Source: Isurus oxyrinchus (Eukaryota). From it: a stretch of 64,000 nt of DNA. Shown in pieces: positions 34,961 to 47,964 of this stretch. The stretch is from the NCBI GenBank assembly GCA_026770705.1, contig JANJGN010000027.1, positions 25,544,001 through 25,608,000 of the forward strand, given 5' to 3'. Under the pieces are notes generated by a model that was not told the DNA's origin, made no database searches, and saw nothing but the letters and a program-made list of their open reading frames with translations. A program made the translations under genes and the position numbers. Positions within the stretch are counted from its first letter, which is position 1. The number at the start of each line of letters is the position of its first letter.

Positions 34961-37379
34961 AGCAGTCTGGATAAAAGTGAGTTTCTTGCTGTGATTTGGC
35001 GGGTGGCGGTTTCTGAATGAGTGGGGCAAGAAATATACAAGTAAACAGGGAGTTAATGGAATGTAGTCCCTTAAGGCTGCAAGCAGTCTTAAAATATTCA
35101 AAAGAAAGAAGTGGCTGGAAAGTGTGGAGATGTGGGGAGCAGTATAACCCCCATCCACGTGTTCAGTGGTGGGTGAGCTGCCAGTACGGCTATGTGAGGA
35201 CAGGTGTCTTGATTGGCATGTCTGATAGGATTGGCGCTGGCTAGAGCCGAGGCTCCTTCACTTCAGACTTGAGTCTTGTAAACTCTCCCTCCTGCTGCCT
35301 TGGCCCATGATGCACCATGTGAAATTGGGTTTCAATGTCGGTAAACATGAGGCCTCGAACTTTCAACCAGAAAAAGGATAAAACAGGCTCGTTTCTGCAA
35401 ATAGCCCATTGACCCAAAGCGATTTGGGCTCCAGGCACATGGGTCATTGAACCAGGACGTACAGGTGCAGGAAATTGGCAGGAAAGGAAATGGAATGCTG
35501 GCCTTAATATCCCCATTCCACAATCCATTGGCATCACAGGAATTATACACTGGGAATTTCCCCCAGCTTCTCTGGATCTGTCGTCATGTGCAATTTTGAC
35601 CTGACAGTGCACAGAACCAGCCAGGATGTTGCCGAGTTGGTGTCTCTCGGTGTGGTTTTGAGGGAGTGTTACGTTTGTAGGCCCTCTGCTCCAGTTGGAT
35701 GATGGTAATGTTGAGAAAGCAGGTGCCTCAGTCTCCCCACTACACTCATCCCCTGCGACATTTCATATTTCCCCCGCCACTTTTGCACCCCCCCCCCACC
35801 CCCATCAGTTTCTAGTTCTCACCTGTCAGGTATTCCTTGGGTTTGGTGAAAGGGAATTTAATGGACGATTCCTGGACAGAAGGACCTCCTGTTCTACCTG
35901 TGTGAAAAGTCCATTTCTCATTCCAGCAAATTCACTGCATTCTTCAGAACAAGCTGTTAGTGTCATTCTCACCCCTCTTATCCAAACAAGCAGACTTGCA
36001 CAGCCTCTGTCTCTCTCTCTCTCTCTCTCTCGCTCTCATGTTCACATCTTTATTACTCTAAAGTAACAGGCCACACGTACAGTCACAACAAAAAATTGCT
36101 CATGGATTTTTAAAATTTCAGTCCATTAACCAAGTGGTGAGTAATTTCCTCAGCTTAAGTGCTTAGATTGACAGGAAAAAATTGGGTTCGTGGAGAATTC
36201 ACCTGTGACCAATAACCATTGAGCTGCAGGGTTACTGGATAGAAACCACTGATGCTGTTCTTTGGATTTTGAATATTTGCACTTACTCCTGGGACAGTGA
36301 GAAGCGTGAGAGAGCATCAGTGTTTACAAGCGGGTCCCCAGGAAGAGAGCGTCGGTCTCTACAGGGGGAGGGAGGTTGTTCCCACAGTTTCCACACCTCT
36401 GTTAAACCAGAGTTCCAGCTTAATTTAGATAATCATTCAACAATAGCTGAGATTTCTTGCTGATGGGGTAATTTGCGGACTAGGATGAGATTGGAGTGAA
36501 AATCTAAATTTACCTCTATTAACAAGTGACAGAAGTAGACAAGCCCAAAGAAATCATTTACAGGGAGAGCATGATGGGGTCGCCAGAATTGTCCCCAGTG
36601 ATGCTGCTGCTGCTGCTCAAAGTGTTAAAACTGAATTCATCAGCCACACATTTTTCTTTGTTGGATTTTTGTGCAGATGTCAGAAACAATGTGGAGCTAG
36701 ATTAGTCAAAAATACTGTTGAGCGTCTGCTGAAGAATTCAATATAGCAGGAAGAAAGCTCCAACACATTAAACCTTAGAATAAGAGATTAGATCTCTGAC
36801 CAAACCGATTGCAATGATCCTCTGTGAGAGCAGCCTCTGAGCTCTGTACATGCTCGAGCATTGACTATATCGAAACAGAGTTTGTTCAATCTTTCAGCCC
36901 GAAAATCAAGGGATGTGGGGTTGAGGCAAGAAAATGGAGGTGAGGCAGGTAATCAGCCGTGATCTTATTGGATGGTGGAAGCTGGCCTGCTCCTCTTGGT
37001 TTTCAGTTCTTACCACCATGTACGTGTTAAGTGAGCCCTTGTATTGAACAGGGATGCAGGCGGTGCACTTAGGGCAATGTCCATAAAAACAAAACAGATG
37101 GGAATGAGAAACTGAATCCAAGCCAGAGGCAGTAATTGGCTAACCAGCAAGAGGCAAGATTGGCTAACCAGGCAGAGGCAGTAACTTGAACAGGGAATTT
37201 AAAAAGCCAATTAAGACAGTACACTTGTTTGTGTGTTTGATTTGTGTACAGTCAATTTTTATGCGACAAATTTAGACTGAAATCAAACTAATTTACTTGA
37301 ACCAAATTAAGGTTAGAGTTTGGCAGGTTTCGTCTTTGAAAGGAAGCTGCATTATGGTAACCAAGACTCGTTAGTTATA

Positions 37380-37560
37380 TTCCATCCCGTGCTGTCCCCC
37401 ATCACCACATCCTCGCTCACTTCTTGCAAATTTGCTCAGGACATCAGCTTTCAAAGTTCTTAATTTCCGTTCGGAATCCCTCTTCAGATATTCTTCCCCC
37501 CAAGTCAGCAACGTTCTCCAGTCCTATGTCCTACCATGCGCTCAACTCTTGAAGTCTGAT
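37380..37560 (+). mobile_element. Old L2 ORF2 C-terminal fragment
   Basis: Degenerate match to the L2 PITPILA..(LHWLP)..I.FK.L...LLQ.Y.P.R.LRS region. Confidence 0.5.
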
Positions 37561-37594
37561 CTGGGACCTCCCCACTCATTCCATTGTTTCAGCC

Positions 37595-38008
37595 ATGGCT
37601 TAGTTGGTGTAACTCTGACTTCGGAATCATAGGTTCAAGTCCCATCCAGAGACATGAACACAAAATCCAGATCGACACTCTCAGTGCAGTACTGAGGGAG
37701 TGCTACGCTGTCAGAGGTATTGCCTTTCAATGAGGCATGTCTGCTGCCTTGGGTGGATGTAATTGATCCCATGGTACTATTTTTAGAAGAGCAGAGCAGT
37801 TATCCCCAGTGTCCTGGCCAATACTTTATCCCTCAGTCGACATCATAAAAAGATTATCTAGTCATTATCTCATAGCCATTTTTGGGATTATACTGTGCAC
37901 AAATTGGCTGCCATGCTTCCTACATTATAACAGTGACCATACTTCAAAAGTATTTCATTGGCTGTTCTGAGGTTGTGAACAGGGTGATATAAATGCAAGC
38001 TTTCTTTC
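37595..38008 (+). mobile_element. DeuSINE, near full length
   Basis: TGGCTTAGTTGG A box, GGTTCAAGTCC B box, Deu-type core, tail ATATAAATGCAAG. Confidence 0.9.
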
Positions 38009-39514
38009 CTGAGAGTTGATGCCAGACATGCACTTCAAAGTGTTGGGCCAGAAAATAACAATCATTTTCAGAGTCTATCACTTATTTTCTGTCCCTGCTT
38101 CATGTATTGGCTGCACTGAATGAATGTCCTTCTGAATCGGTTGAAGTTAGTTAACCCATCAATTCTGTCTATCAATTTAATTATTTATTTCAAACTTCTG
38201 GGAACCAAAGGAAATAGTCAACAATTTTACATTTTCTGAAAGCTCCAGTGTACTTCCAGATCTCCACATGCTGTGGGACAATAATGAGTGATGTGGCACT
38301 CTGGATATACACGTATACCTACACATGACAAGACAGTTCCTAAACTTTGGAATAATATAACATTCGTTTTTCTTTGACCTAGGCAGACAGAAAAGTATCA
38401 CCCTGATGACTGTAATTTCATGACACTCTGGGTGAAGGTTATGCATTACATTGAGAAAGGACTGACCATGTGGATTCACTGGAAGGAGTCCTTGTTAAAC
38501 TTCATTTATATCTCACGAAAAGAAGCAGAGAGGGCAGCACTTACAGTAAACTGACATCTCTTTAAAAACACTTGTACATTAAAATATTACATGAACATAA
38601 TTGGGCAGAATTTAATATGACTAAACTAGTATGAGCCATACCTAAAATTTAACAGTTGGCCTGCAAATTAGTTACTGTAATCACAAATAAAACACATATG
38701 ACAAACACTTTGCGTAATTTACATGTTTTAAGTAAAAAAAAACCGTCTTTAACCAAAAGTATCCTTTGATTAGAAATAATGAAAGGAGCAACTTGCTGCT
38801 CCTTCTACCCTACACACTGGCAGTGAGCCCATCTAGCTTCTTTCTCCTTCTGTCTGGGTATCTCCAATTTCCATTAGCTTGACTCTGCTCTCTCAATATT
38901 GGTGAGATACAGTTACTCTGGGAGTCCTCAACATTGACTCCAGACCCCACAAAGTCTCATGGCATCAGGTCAAATATGGACAAGGAAACCTCCTGCTGAT
39001 TACCACTTACCACCCTCCCTCAGCTGATGAATCAGTGCTTCCTCCATCTTGAACACCACTTGGAGGAAACACTGAGGGTGGTAAGGGCGCAAAATGTAGC
39101 CTGGGTGGGGGGGTGCTTCAATGCCCATCATCAAGAGTGGCTTGGTGATACACTACTGAACGAGCTGCCTGAGTCCTAAAGGACATAGCTGCTAGGCTGG
39201 GTCTGCAGCAGGTGGAGGAGGAACCAACAAGAGGGAAAAACATACTTGACTTCATCCTCACCAACCTGCCTGCCGCAGATGTATCTGTCCATGACAGTAT
39301 CAGTGGGAGTGACCACAGCACAGTCCTTGTGGAGACGAAGTCCCGCCTTCACATTGAGATACCCTCCATTGCGTTGTGTGGGGCTAGCACCGTGCTAAAT
39401 GAGATAGATTTCAAACAGATCCAGCAAACTTGAGACTGGGCGTCCATGAGGCATTGTGGGCCATCAGCAGCAGCAGAATTGTATTTGAACACATTCTGTA
39501 ACCTCACGGCCCAG

Positions 39515-39797
39515 TCTTGGGTTATCAGGTTCACTTTTGTCCAGCGAACGTGAGCTGTGCCCTTGATATTAACACGTTAGTTGACGCTTGAAACAATATA
39601 GACAGAGAGACTGATCAGCTGAACAAACATTAGTCGCTTATTGGAACGAAGAACAGAGCACTAACCCAATGTGTGTTTCTTCGATCACCTCCAGCTCTTG
39701 ACTTCCTGTTACCCAAGTAGCCTGTGCTGTGTAGTGACAGTCACATGGTCAGTTAACTACATTCTCTTAAAGATACACAGCACTCCACTTTACCACA
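39515..39797 (-). mobile_element. Solo LTR (283 bp) inserted in the LINE, 5-bp TSD
   Basis: The minus strand starts TGTGGTAAAG. The flanks are CCCAG (39510-14) and CCCGG (39798-802). The LINE reads through when it is removed. Confidence 0.82.
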
Positions 39798-40536
39798 CCC
39801 GGCATATCCCCAACTCTACCATTACCATTAAAACAGGGGTTCAACCCTGGCTCAATGAAGAGTGCAGGAGGGCATGCCAGGAGCAGCACCAGGCATACCT
39901 AATAATGAGGTGCCAACCTGGTGAAGCTACAACACAGGACTATTTGTGTACCAAACAGCATAGGCAGCAAGTGATAGACAGAACTAAGCAATCCCACAAC
40001 CAACAGATCAGATCTAAGCTCTGCAGTGCTGCCACATCCAGTCGTGAATGGTGATGGACAATTAAACAGCTCACTGGAGGAGGAGGCTCCATAAATATCC
40101 CCATCCTCAATGATGTGGGAGCCCAGCACATCAGTGCAAAAGGTAAGGCCAGTCTTCAGCCAATTCAATTCACTCTACATGATATCAAGAAATGGCTGAA
40201 GGCACTGGATACGGCAAAGGCTATGGGCCCTGACAATATTCCAGTGATGGTAATGAAGACTTGTGCTCCAGAACTTGCTGTGTCTCATTACAGCCTTGGT
40301 TCAAACATGGACAAAAGAGCTGAACTCCAGAAGTGGGTATGAGTGACTGCCCTTGACATCAAGGCAGCATTTGACCGGGTGTAGCATCAAGGAATCCTAG
40401 CAAAATTGGAGTCAATGGGGATTGGGGGAAAACTCACTGCTGGTTGGAGTCATACCTAGCACAAAGGAAGATAATTGTGGTCGTTGGAGGTCAATCACCT
40501 CAATCCCAGGATATTACTGCAGGAGTTCCTCAGGAT

Positions 40537-41260
40537 AGAAACATAGAAACTAGGAGCAGGAGTAGGCCATTCAGCCCTTTGAGCCTGCTCAGCCATTCAA
40601 TATGATCATGGCTGATCCTCTATCTCAATGCCATATTCCCACTTTCTGTCCATACCCCTTGATGCCCCTAATATCCAAAAAAAATTATCAATTTCTTTCT
40701 TGAATATACTCAGTGACCCGGCCTCCACAGCCTCCTGTGGTCGAGAATTCCACAGGTTGACCACCCTTTGAGTGAAGACACTTTTCCTCATTTCAGTCCT
40801 AAATGGCCTGCCCCGTATGTTGAGACCGTGGTCCCTGATTCTAGACTCACAAAAAGGGGAAACATCCACCCTGCATCTAGTCAGTCAAGCCATTTTAGAA
40901 TTTTATATGTTTCAATCAGATCCCTTCTCATCCTTCCTATACTCTAGTGAATATGGGCCCAGTCAACCCAATCTCTCCTCATACAACAGTCCTGCCATCC
41001 CCAGTATCAGCCTAGTGAACATTCGCTGCACTCCCTCCATGACAAGTATATCCTTTCTTAGGTAGGGAGATCAAAACTGCACACAATACACCAGGTGTGG
41101 TCTCACCAAGGCTCTTTATAACTGCAGTAAGACACCCCTACTTCTGAACTCAAATCCTCTTGCAATGAAGGCCAACATACAATTTGCCTTCCTAATTGCT
41201 TGCTGCACCTGCCTATTTACTTTCATTGACTGGTGGACAAGGACACCCAGATCCCTTTAT
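40537..41260 (-). mobile_element. CR1 3' fragment inserted in the LINE RT (GVPQ motif)
   Basis: (ATAGAAAC)n tail. ESRIRDHGLNIRGRPFRTEMRKSVFTQRVVNLWNSRP on the minus strand. Confidence 0.92.
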
Positions 41261-42140
41261 CCTTGACCCAACCATCTTCAGATGCTTCATCAATGACATT
41301 CCCTCCATCAAAAGGTCAGAAGTGGGGATGTTTGCGGATGATGTTCACTATCAATTACGACCCCTCAGATACTGAAGCAGCCCTTGTCCAAATGCAGCAA
41401 GACCTGGACAAAATACAAGAGAGAATCTAATCATCTCACCTTGACATTTAATGACATCACCATCACTGAATCCTCCATTATCAATATCCTGGGTGTTACC
41501 ATTGGCCAGGAGCTGAATTAAACCAGCTAGATAAATACTGTGGCTTCAAGAGCAGGTCAGAGGCTAGGAATCCTGCAGTGAGTAACTCACCTCCTGACTT
41601 CCCAAAGCCTGTCTACCATCTACACAGCTCAAGTCAGGAGTGTGACGGAATACTCCCCGCTTGCCTGGATGAGTGCAGCTCCCACAACATTCAAGAACTC
41701 AACACCATCCAGGACAAAATAGCCCGCTTGATTGGCACCCCATCCACAAACATTCACTCCCTCCATCACTGATGCACAGTAGCAACAGTGTGGACCATCT
41801 ACAAGATGCACTGTAGGGACTCACCAAGGCTCCCACGACAGCACCTTCCAAACTCATGACCGCTACCATCTAGAAGGACAAGGGCAGCAGACACGTGGGG
41901 AACACCACCACCTGGAAAATCTCCTCCAATCTACTCACCGTTGGAAATATATCACTGTTCTTTCACTGTCGCTGGATCAAAATCCTGGAATTCCTTCCCT
42001 AACTCCACTGTGAGTGTACCTATACCACAGGAACTGCAGCGGTTCAAGAAGGCAGCTCACCACCAGCTTCTCAAGGGCAACCAGGGATGGGTAATAAATG
42101 CTGGCCTCGCCAGCAACACCCAAATCCCATGAAAGAATTT

Positions 42141-44083
42141 TAAAAATTTTGGCCCAGTTTAACTGTATTTTCTTAAACCAATTCCTTCCCAGTGAAACTT
42201 TGTTCCCTTCTACCACAACCAATGGCAAGTAATAGGCTGCATCATTATATTCCACTCTAACACTAACTTCACCTAGCAATAGATTATTGTTATTGGAATT
42301 TCATTATTTTGCATTAGAGAATGTGATTTCGGGACTTCTTGTGCTCTCCTTCCAACAAACTCTAATGCAGCTGGATCAAAGATGAAGGTAAGTTGTGAAT
42401 CTCCAACTTTCGTTTTTATTGTGGGTGTTGGAATTATATCTTCGGCCCTTTTACTTTCATCTTCCAAGTGCTGTTTTTCTTGCTTTTTGAGTACAACTCT
42501 TGATCTTCCTTCTCGATAGCATCAACTTCGGTTTCCACAACTATGATATGGACATTGGAGAATTTCCAGACTCCCAAACTAGCTTTAGATTGACCACGAC
42601 CTTGACCTGGTACATTGCTGTGACCTGGAGCTTTACCATGGCCAAGAACATTACTGTTTCCTCGACTCCTGCGTGCCTTCTGGATATGATCAATTTTCTC
42701 ACAGACGTAGCACTTTGACTGGAAATGAGGACATTGAGGTGGATGGTGGTTACCATGGCAAAAGTAGCACCTACGTTTCTGACTCTGAGACTGTGACCCT
42801 GGCTGCTGGGGCCTGGGTCTTGCTGAAATCCAGCGGATCTTTTCTGCCGGCTCAGGAAGGAATTTGCATCTATCTCATTCTGCGGTTTCCATGGATGTGG
42901 CCACATCACAAGGGCTTCTTCTATGTCAGCTTATTGTCTTTGCTGGCCTGGGTTTTATTGTTCTTCAGGCCTCCCATGAACATGTTTCTAAGGTCAGTTT
43001 CTATGTTTGCGCCATACCCACTGTGACGAGAGTTACTTTAATTTGAGAAGAAAATCTGCAACAGTCTCACTTGGCAACAGCTTCCTTCGATGGAACGTAA
43101 CTCGCTTTGCAATTCCATTCTCAGTCGTGCCATAATATGAGTCGAGAATCTCATTAATTTCATAGCACTGGGGTCTTGTGGGAATCATTAGGTAGACCCC
43201 GACTCAAAAGCATCTGGTCCCATCATGGTGAGGAAAACATTTACTTTACCCTCATCTCCTAGTTTATTCACTTTCAGCCAATATATAACCTTCGTTCATA
43301 ATTACATTAATCTTCCTTGTTCAAGGTTGAATTTCCCCATTGTCCCCAAATACGTCTTCACGTCATTTTGATTCTATTCATACTGTGCTGACTCAGAATT
43401 GTTCATGGACGTGACATGCACACATGAAGAATTGTTCATGAACGTGATATGTACACATGAAGAATTGTTCATGGACGTGATATGTACACATGATGAATTG
43501 TTTATGGGTGTGATATGTACACATGAAGAATTGTTCATGGGCGTGATATGTACACATGAATTGTTCATGAACATTATATGTACACATGAAGAATTGTTCA
43601 TGAACATTATATGTACACATGAAGAATTGTTCATGAACTAAATATGTATACATGAAGAATTGTTCATGAACGTGATATGTACACATGAAGAATTGTTCAT
43701 GGACATGACATGTACACATGAAGAATTGTTCATGAACACGATATGTACACATGAAGAATTGTTCATGGACGTGACATGTACACATGAAGAATTGTTGACG
43801 GACGTGACATGTACACATGAAGAAACAATCTTTCAAATTGCTCAAACGTCCTCAAAATCAGATTTTAAAGTTCCAAAATCGCCATCATGTTCTTCAGTCT
43901 TAATTTCTCTAAAATGTAAAAAGAAATTCCATCACCAGCCTTAGGGCAATACACAACAGAAAAATGGCACTGAGAGAAGACTCGCCATGTGGACTCAGTG
44001 TTAACAGACATTATCGAACTAAACTCGTTGACACGTATTCTCAACAGAAACAGGGAGGACACCTCTGGCAATACACTACAACA
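42141..44083 (-). mobile_element. Gypsy-type LTR retrotransposon 5' half (short LTR, PBS, gag-protease remnant)
   Basis: LGEVSVRVEYN..YLPLVVVEG..LGRNWFKKIQLNW (protease C-terminus) and gag-like FLTMMGPDAF. The LTR is TGTTGTAG...CCACA (44083-43988), followed by the PBS-like TGGCGAG. Confidence 0.78.
43396..43822. repeat. Minisatellite, 33-bp unit, about 13 copies
   Basis: Unit GAATTGTTCATG(G/A)ACGTGATATGTACACATGAA. Confidence 0.95.
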
Positions 44084-44137
44084 GTACTATCACCTATGGC
44101 ATTGTTACCAAAGAAAGATTTATGGGAGTTATATAAT

Positions 44138-44345
44138 CATAGAGGCTTAGCACAATAGGAGGCCATTCAGTCCATTTGTGCCTGTGCTGGCTCAATGAAA
44201 GAACTATTTGATTAGTCCCACCCCCCTGCCCTTTCCCCTACAGGGTCTGCAAATATTTCCCCTTGACATATTTATCCAACTTGTCCAATTCCCTTTTCAG
44301 AATGATGATTAAATCCAGGTTGGAAATGGAGCATGCGCCACAGTT
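44138..44345 (-). mobile_element. Short CR1 3' fragment
   Basis: AGGAGGCCATTCAG tail. KRELDKLDKYVKGKYLQ on the minus strand. Confidence 0.75.
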
Positions 44346-44356
44346 GGGAGGAAATT

Positions 44357-46820
44357 GGGGACAGTGGGCAGAGAGGACAGGGCATGGGGATAGAGCGCAG
44401 GGGTGTGGGGACAGTGGGCAGAGAGGGCAGGGCATGGGGATAGAGCGCAGGGGTGTGGGGACAGTGGGCAGAGAGGACAGGGCATGGGGATAGAGTGCAG
44501 GGGTGTGGGGACAGTGGGCAGAGAGGACAGGGCATGGGGATAGAGCGCAGGGGTGTGGGGACAGTGGGCAGAGAGGGCAGGTATGCGGGGATTCTGGGAG
44601 GGGTTGTGGGGACAGTGGACGGGGCATGAGGACAAGTGGGTGGGGGTGGGGACAATGGGGACAGTGGGTGTGGGTGGGGACAGTGGGTGTGAGTGGGGAC
44701 AGTGGGCGGGGTGTGGGGACAGTGGGTGTGAGTGGGGACAGTGGGTGTGAGTGGGGACAATGGGTGTAAGTGGGGACAGCAGGGGTGCATGAGGATAGTG
44801 GGTGGGGTGTGGGGACAGTGGGTGTGGGTGGGGACAGTGGGTGTGAGTGGGGACAGTGGGTGTGAGTGGGGACAGTGGGCGGGGTGTGGGGACAGTGGGT
44901 GTGGGTGGGAACAGTGGGTGTGAGTGGGGACAGTGGGTGTGGGTGGGGACAGTGGGTGTGAGTGGGGACAGTGGGCGGGGTGTGGGGCCAGTGGGTGTGA
45001 GTGGGGACGGTGGGTGTGAGTGGGGACAGTGGGCGGGGTGTGGGGACAGTGGGTGTGAGTGGGGACAGTGGGTGTGAGTGGGGACAGTGGGCGGGGTGTG
45101 GGGACAGTGGGTGTGGGTGGGAACAGTGGGTGTGAGTGGGGACAGTGGGTGTGGGTGGGGACAGTGGGTGTGAGTGGGGACAGGGGGTGTGGGTGGGGAC
45201 AGTGGGTGTGGGTGGGGACAGTGGGTGTGAGTGGGGACAGTGGGTGTGAGTGGGGACAGTGGGTGTGGGTGGGGACAGTGGGCGGGGTGTGGGGACAGTG
45301 GGTGTGAGTGGGGACAGTGGGTGTAAGTGGGGACAGTGGGTGTGAATGAGGACAGTGGGTGTGGGTGGGGACAGTGGGTGTGGGTGTGGGGACAGTGGGT
45401 GTGGGTGTGGGGACAGTGGGTGTGAGTGGGGACAGTGGGTGTGAGTGGGGACAGTGGGTGTGGGTGGGGATAGTGGGTGTAAGTGGGGACAGTGGGTGTG
45501 GGTGGGGACAGTGGGTGTGAGTGCGGACAGTGGGTGTGAGTGGGGACAGTGGGTGTGGGTGTGGGGACAGTGGGTGTGGGTGTGGGGACAGTGGGTGTGA
45601 GTGGGGACAGTGGGTGTGGGTGGGGACAGTGGGTGTGAGTGGGGACAGTGGGTGTGGGTGTGGGGACAGTGGGTGTGAGTGGGGACAGTGGGTGTGGGTG
45701 TGGGGACAGTGGGTGTGAATGAGGACAGTGGGTGTGGGTGGGGACAGTGGGTGTGAGTGGGGACAGTGGGTGTGAATGAGGACAGTGGGTGTGGGTGGGG
45801 ACAGTGGGTGTGAGTGGGGACAGTGGGTGTGAATGAGGACAGTGGGTGTGGGTGGGGACAGTGGGTGTGAGTGGGGACAGTGGGTGTGAGTGGGGACAGT
45901 GGGTGTGAGTGGGGACAGTGGGCGGTGTGTGGGGACAGTGGGTGTGAGTGGGGACAGTGGGTGTGGGTGGGGACAGTGGGTGTGAGTGGGGACAGTGGGT
46001 GTGAGTGGGGACAGTGGGTGTGAATGAGGACAGTGGGCGTGGGTGGGGACAGTGGGTGTGAATGAGGACAGTGGGTGTGAATGAGGACAGTGGGCGTGGG
46101 TGGGGACAGTGGGTGTGAATGAGGACAGTGGGCGTGGGTGGGGACAGTGGGTGTGAGTGGGGACAGTGGGTGTGAATGAGGACAGTGGGCGTGGGTGGGG
46201 ACAGTGGGTGTGAATGAGGACAGTGGGTGTGGGTGGGGACAGTGGGTGTGAATGAGGACAGTGGGCGTGGGTGGGGACAGTGAGTGTGAGTGGGGACAGT
46301 GGGTGTGAATGAGGACAGTGGGCGTGGGTGGGGACAGTGGGTGTGGGTGGGGACAGTGGGTGTGGGTGGGGACAGGGGGTGTGAGTGGGGACAGTGGGTG
46401 TGAATGAGGACAGTGGGCGTGGGTGGGGACAGTGGGTGTGAGTGAGGACAGTGGGTGTGAATGAGGACAGTGGGCGTGAGTGAGGACAGTGGGTGTGAAT
46501 GAGGACAGTGGGCGTGGGTGGGGACAGCAGGGGTGCATGAGGATAGTGGGCGGGGTGTGGGGACAGGGGGTGTGGGTGGGGACAGTGGGTGTGAATGAGG
46601 ACAGTGGGCGTGGGTGGGGACAGTGGGTGTGAGTGAGGACAGTGGGTGTGAATGAGGACAGTGGGCGTGAGTGAGGACAGTGGGTGTGAATGAGGACAGT
46701 GGGCGTGGGTGGGGACAGCAGGGGTGCATGAGGATAGTGGGCGGGGTGTGGGGACAGGGGGTGTGGGTGGGGACAGTGGGTGTGGGTGGGGACAGTGGGG
46801 GCAGTAGGCAGGGCATGGGG
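44357..46820. repeat. Compound G-rich minisatellite: 50-bp unit (about 4.5 copies), then about 19-bp unit (more than 100 copies)
   Basis: Units GGGGACAGTGGGCAGAGAGGACAGGGCATGGGGATAGAGCGCAGGGGTGT, then GGGGACAGTGGGTGTG(A/G)GT and variants. Confidence 0.97.
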
Positions 46821-47746
46821 GCAGTGGATAGAGTGGGCAGTTCAGTTTGTTTAATTGTGAAGTTTTAAAGTACTTGAACAGAACAGAATATCATTAATGT
46901 AAAAATTCAATACTCTACATGCTCTGCCTCAGGAAATTCACAATTTGTGGCGTCAGGCTGTGATAATTCTCACCCAGATGAATCAAGAAATATTGGTTCA
47001 AAACAGGTGTTAGACAGCTGGCTGTTCCAACGTTGTCCATATTTAGATTGAAGTTGTTGGTTACAGCATGTTGTTCTGATAAGGTTAACAGTGATTGTAA
47101 TCTCACTTTATCACCCAGTGTTCTCTCCGGACAAGCAGAAAGATACTGCTCTCAGATGAATGGTCGAGGGTTTAAAGTTGCATTCTCGGACTGCCATTTC
47201 CCCACGATTATAATCTGGCAGATCACCTCAGCTGCTGCTGCCTTTTCACAAAGACCCAGTCCACTCTAATGTTTTTCAAGGAATGTTTTCACTAAATTGA
47301 AGTGACTGTGTTGTCAATTGGGTCAAGGTTGTGCTTTAATGACAGTTCTCAGGATGGAAAGTCACTTGCTACAGACAACAGCTTCAGTCACAATCACTCC
47401 CAGGTCAGCAGAGGGCAATTGAGGATCCAAGTCAGGCTGCAACTGATCTCCCAAATATTCTACCTTAATCTCAGACTCTGAGAAGAAGCATCTACATTAC
47501 CGACACTGACATGGCCCTTTGCTCCCATCAGTTATCCTGGTGGCTTGTGAGTGGCACTGTCAAGCTGACACCCATTCAGTCCGATTCTGAATAGTTTGTG
47601 CTGTGCATTCAATGAAGTCCAGGCTGAAGGTGACCCCGAGTCCGTGTTGAGTCAGTGCACAGGAGAATCACGTCAGTCTGGCTGTACCCAGAGAGGGAAT
47701 AACAAGTGATCCTCATTGACGGCATTACTGCTAACGTGTAACAGTA

Positions 47747-47964
47747 CAATAAAAGCAAAATATTGCAGATGCTGGAAATCTGAAACAAAAACAGAAAATG
47801 CTGGAAAAACTCAGCAGGTCTAACAGCGTGCATAGAGAGAAACACAGTTAACGTTTCGAGTCCATATGACTGAAGAAGAGTCGTATGGACTCGAGACATT
47901 AACTCTGTTTCTCTCTCCACAGATGCTGTTAGACCTGCTGAGTTTTTCCAGCAGTTTCTGTTTA
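47747..47964 (-). mobile_element. 218-bp fold-back Penelope mini-insertion with 10-bp TSD
   Basis: TSD TGTAACAGTA at 47737-47746 and 47965-47974. A minus-strand PLE terminus is joined at about 47869 to a plus-strand arm starting CTGAAGAAGAGTC. Confidence 0.92.

Larger units (their letters stand above)
38925..42140 (+). mobile_element. LINE (CR1/L2/jockey group), endonuclease-RT ORF2 remnant with intact 3' end, interrupted twice
   Basis: Endonuclease motifs (W.GxFNAHHQEWLG, PTRGKNILDFILTN, SDHSTV), RT motifs (KAMGPDNIP, LDIKAAFDRV, GVPQ, MFADD), ORF end HHQLLKGN. Confidence 0.9.

Noticed and set aside
35552-35561. Perfect NF-kB site GGGAATTTCC
   Set aside because: A single 10-mer with no supporting promoter context is not distinguishable from chance.
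44238-46816. 766-aa and 835-aa Pro/Thr/His-rich ORFs
   Set aside because: These are translations of a minisatellite strand that lacks stop codons. Several frames are open, and there is no domain or splice evidence.
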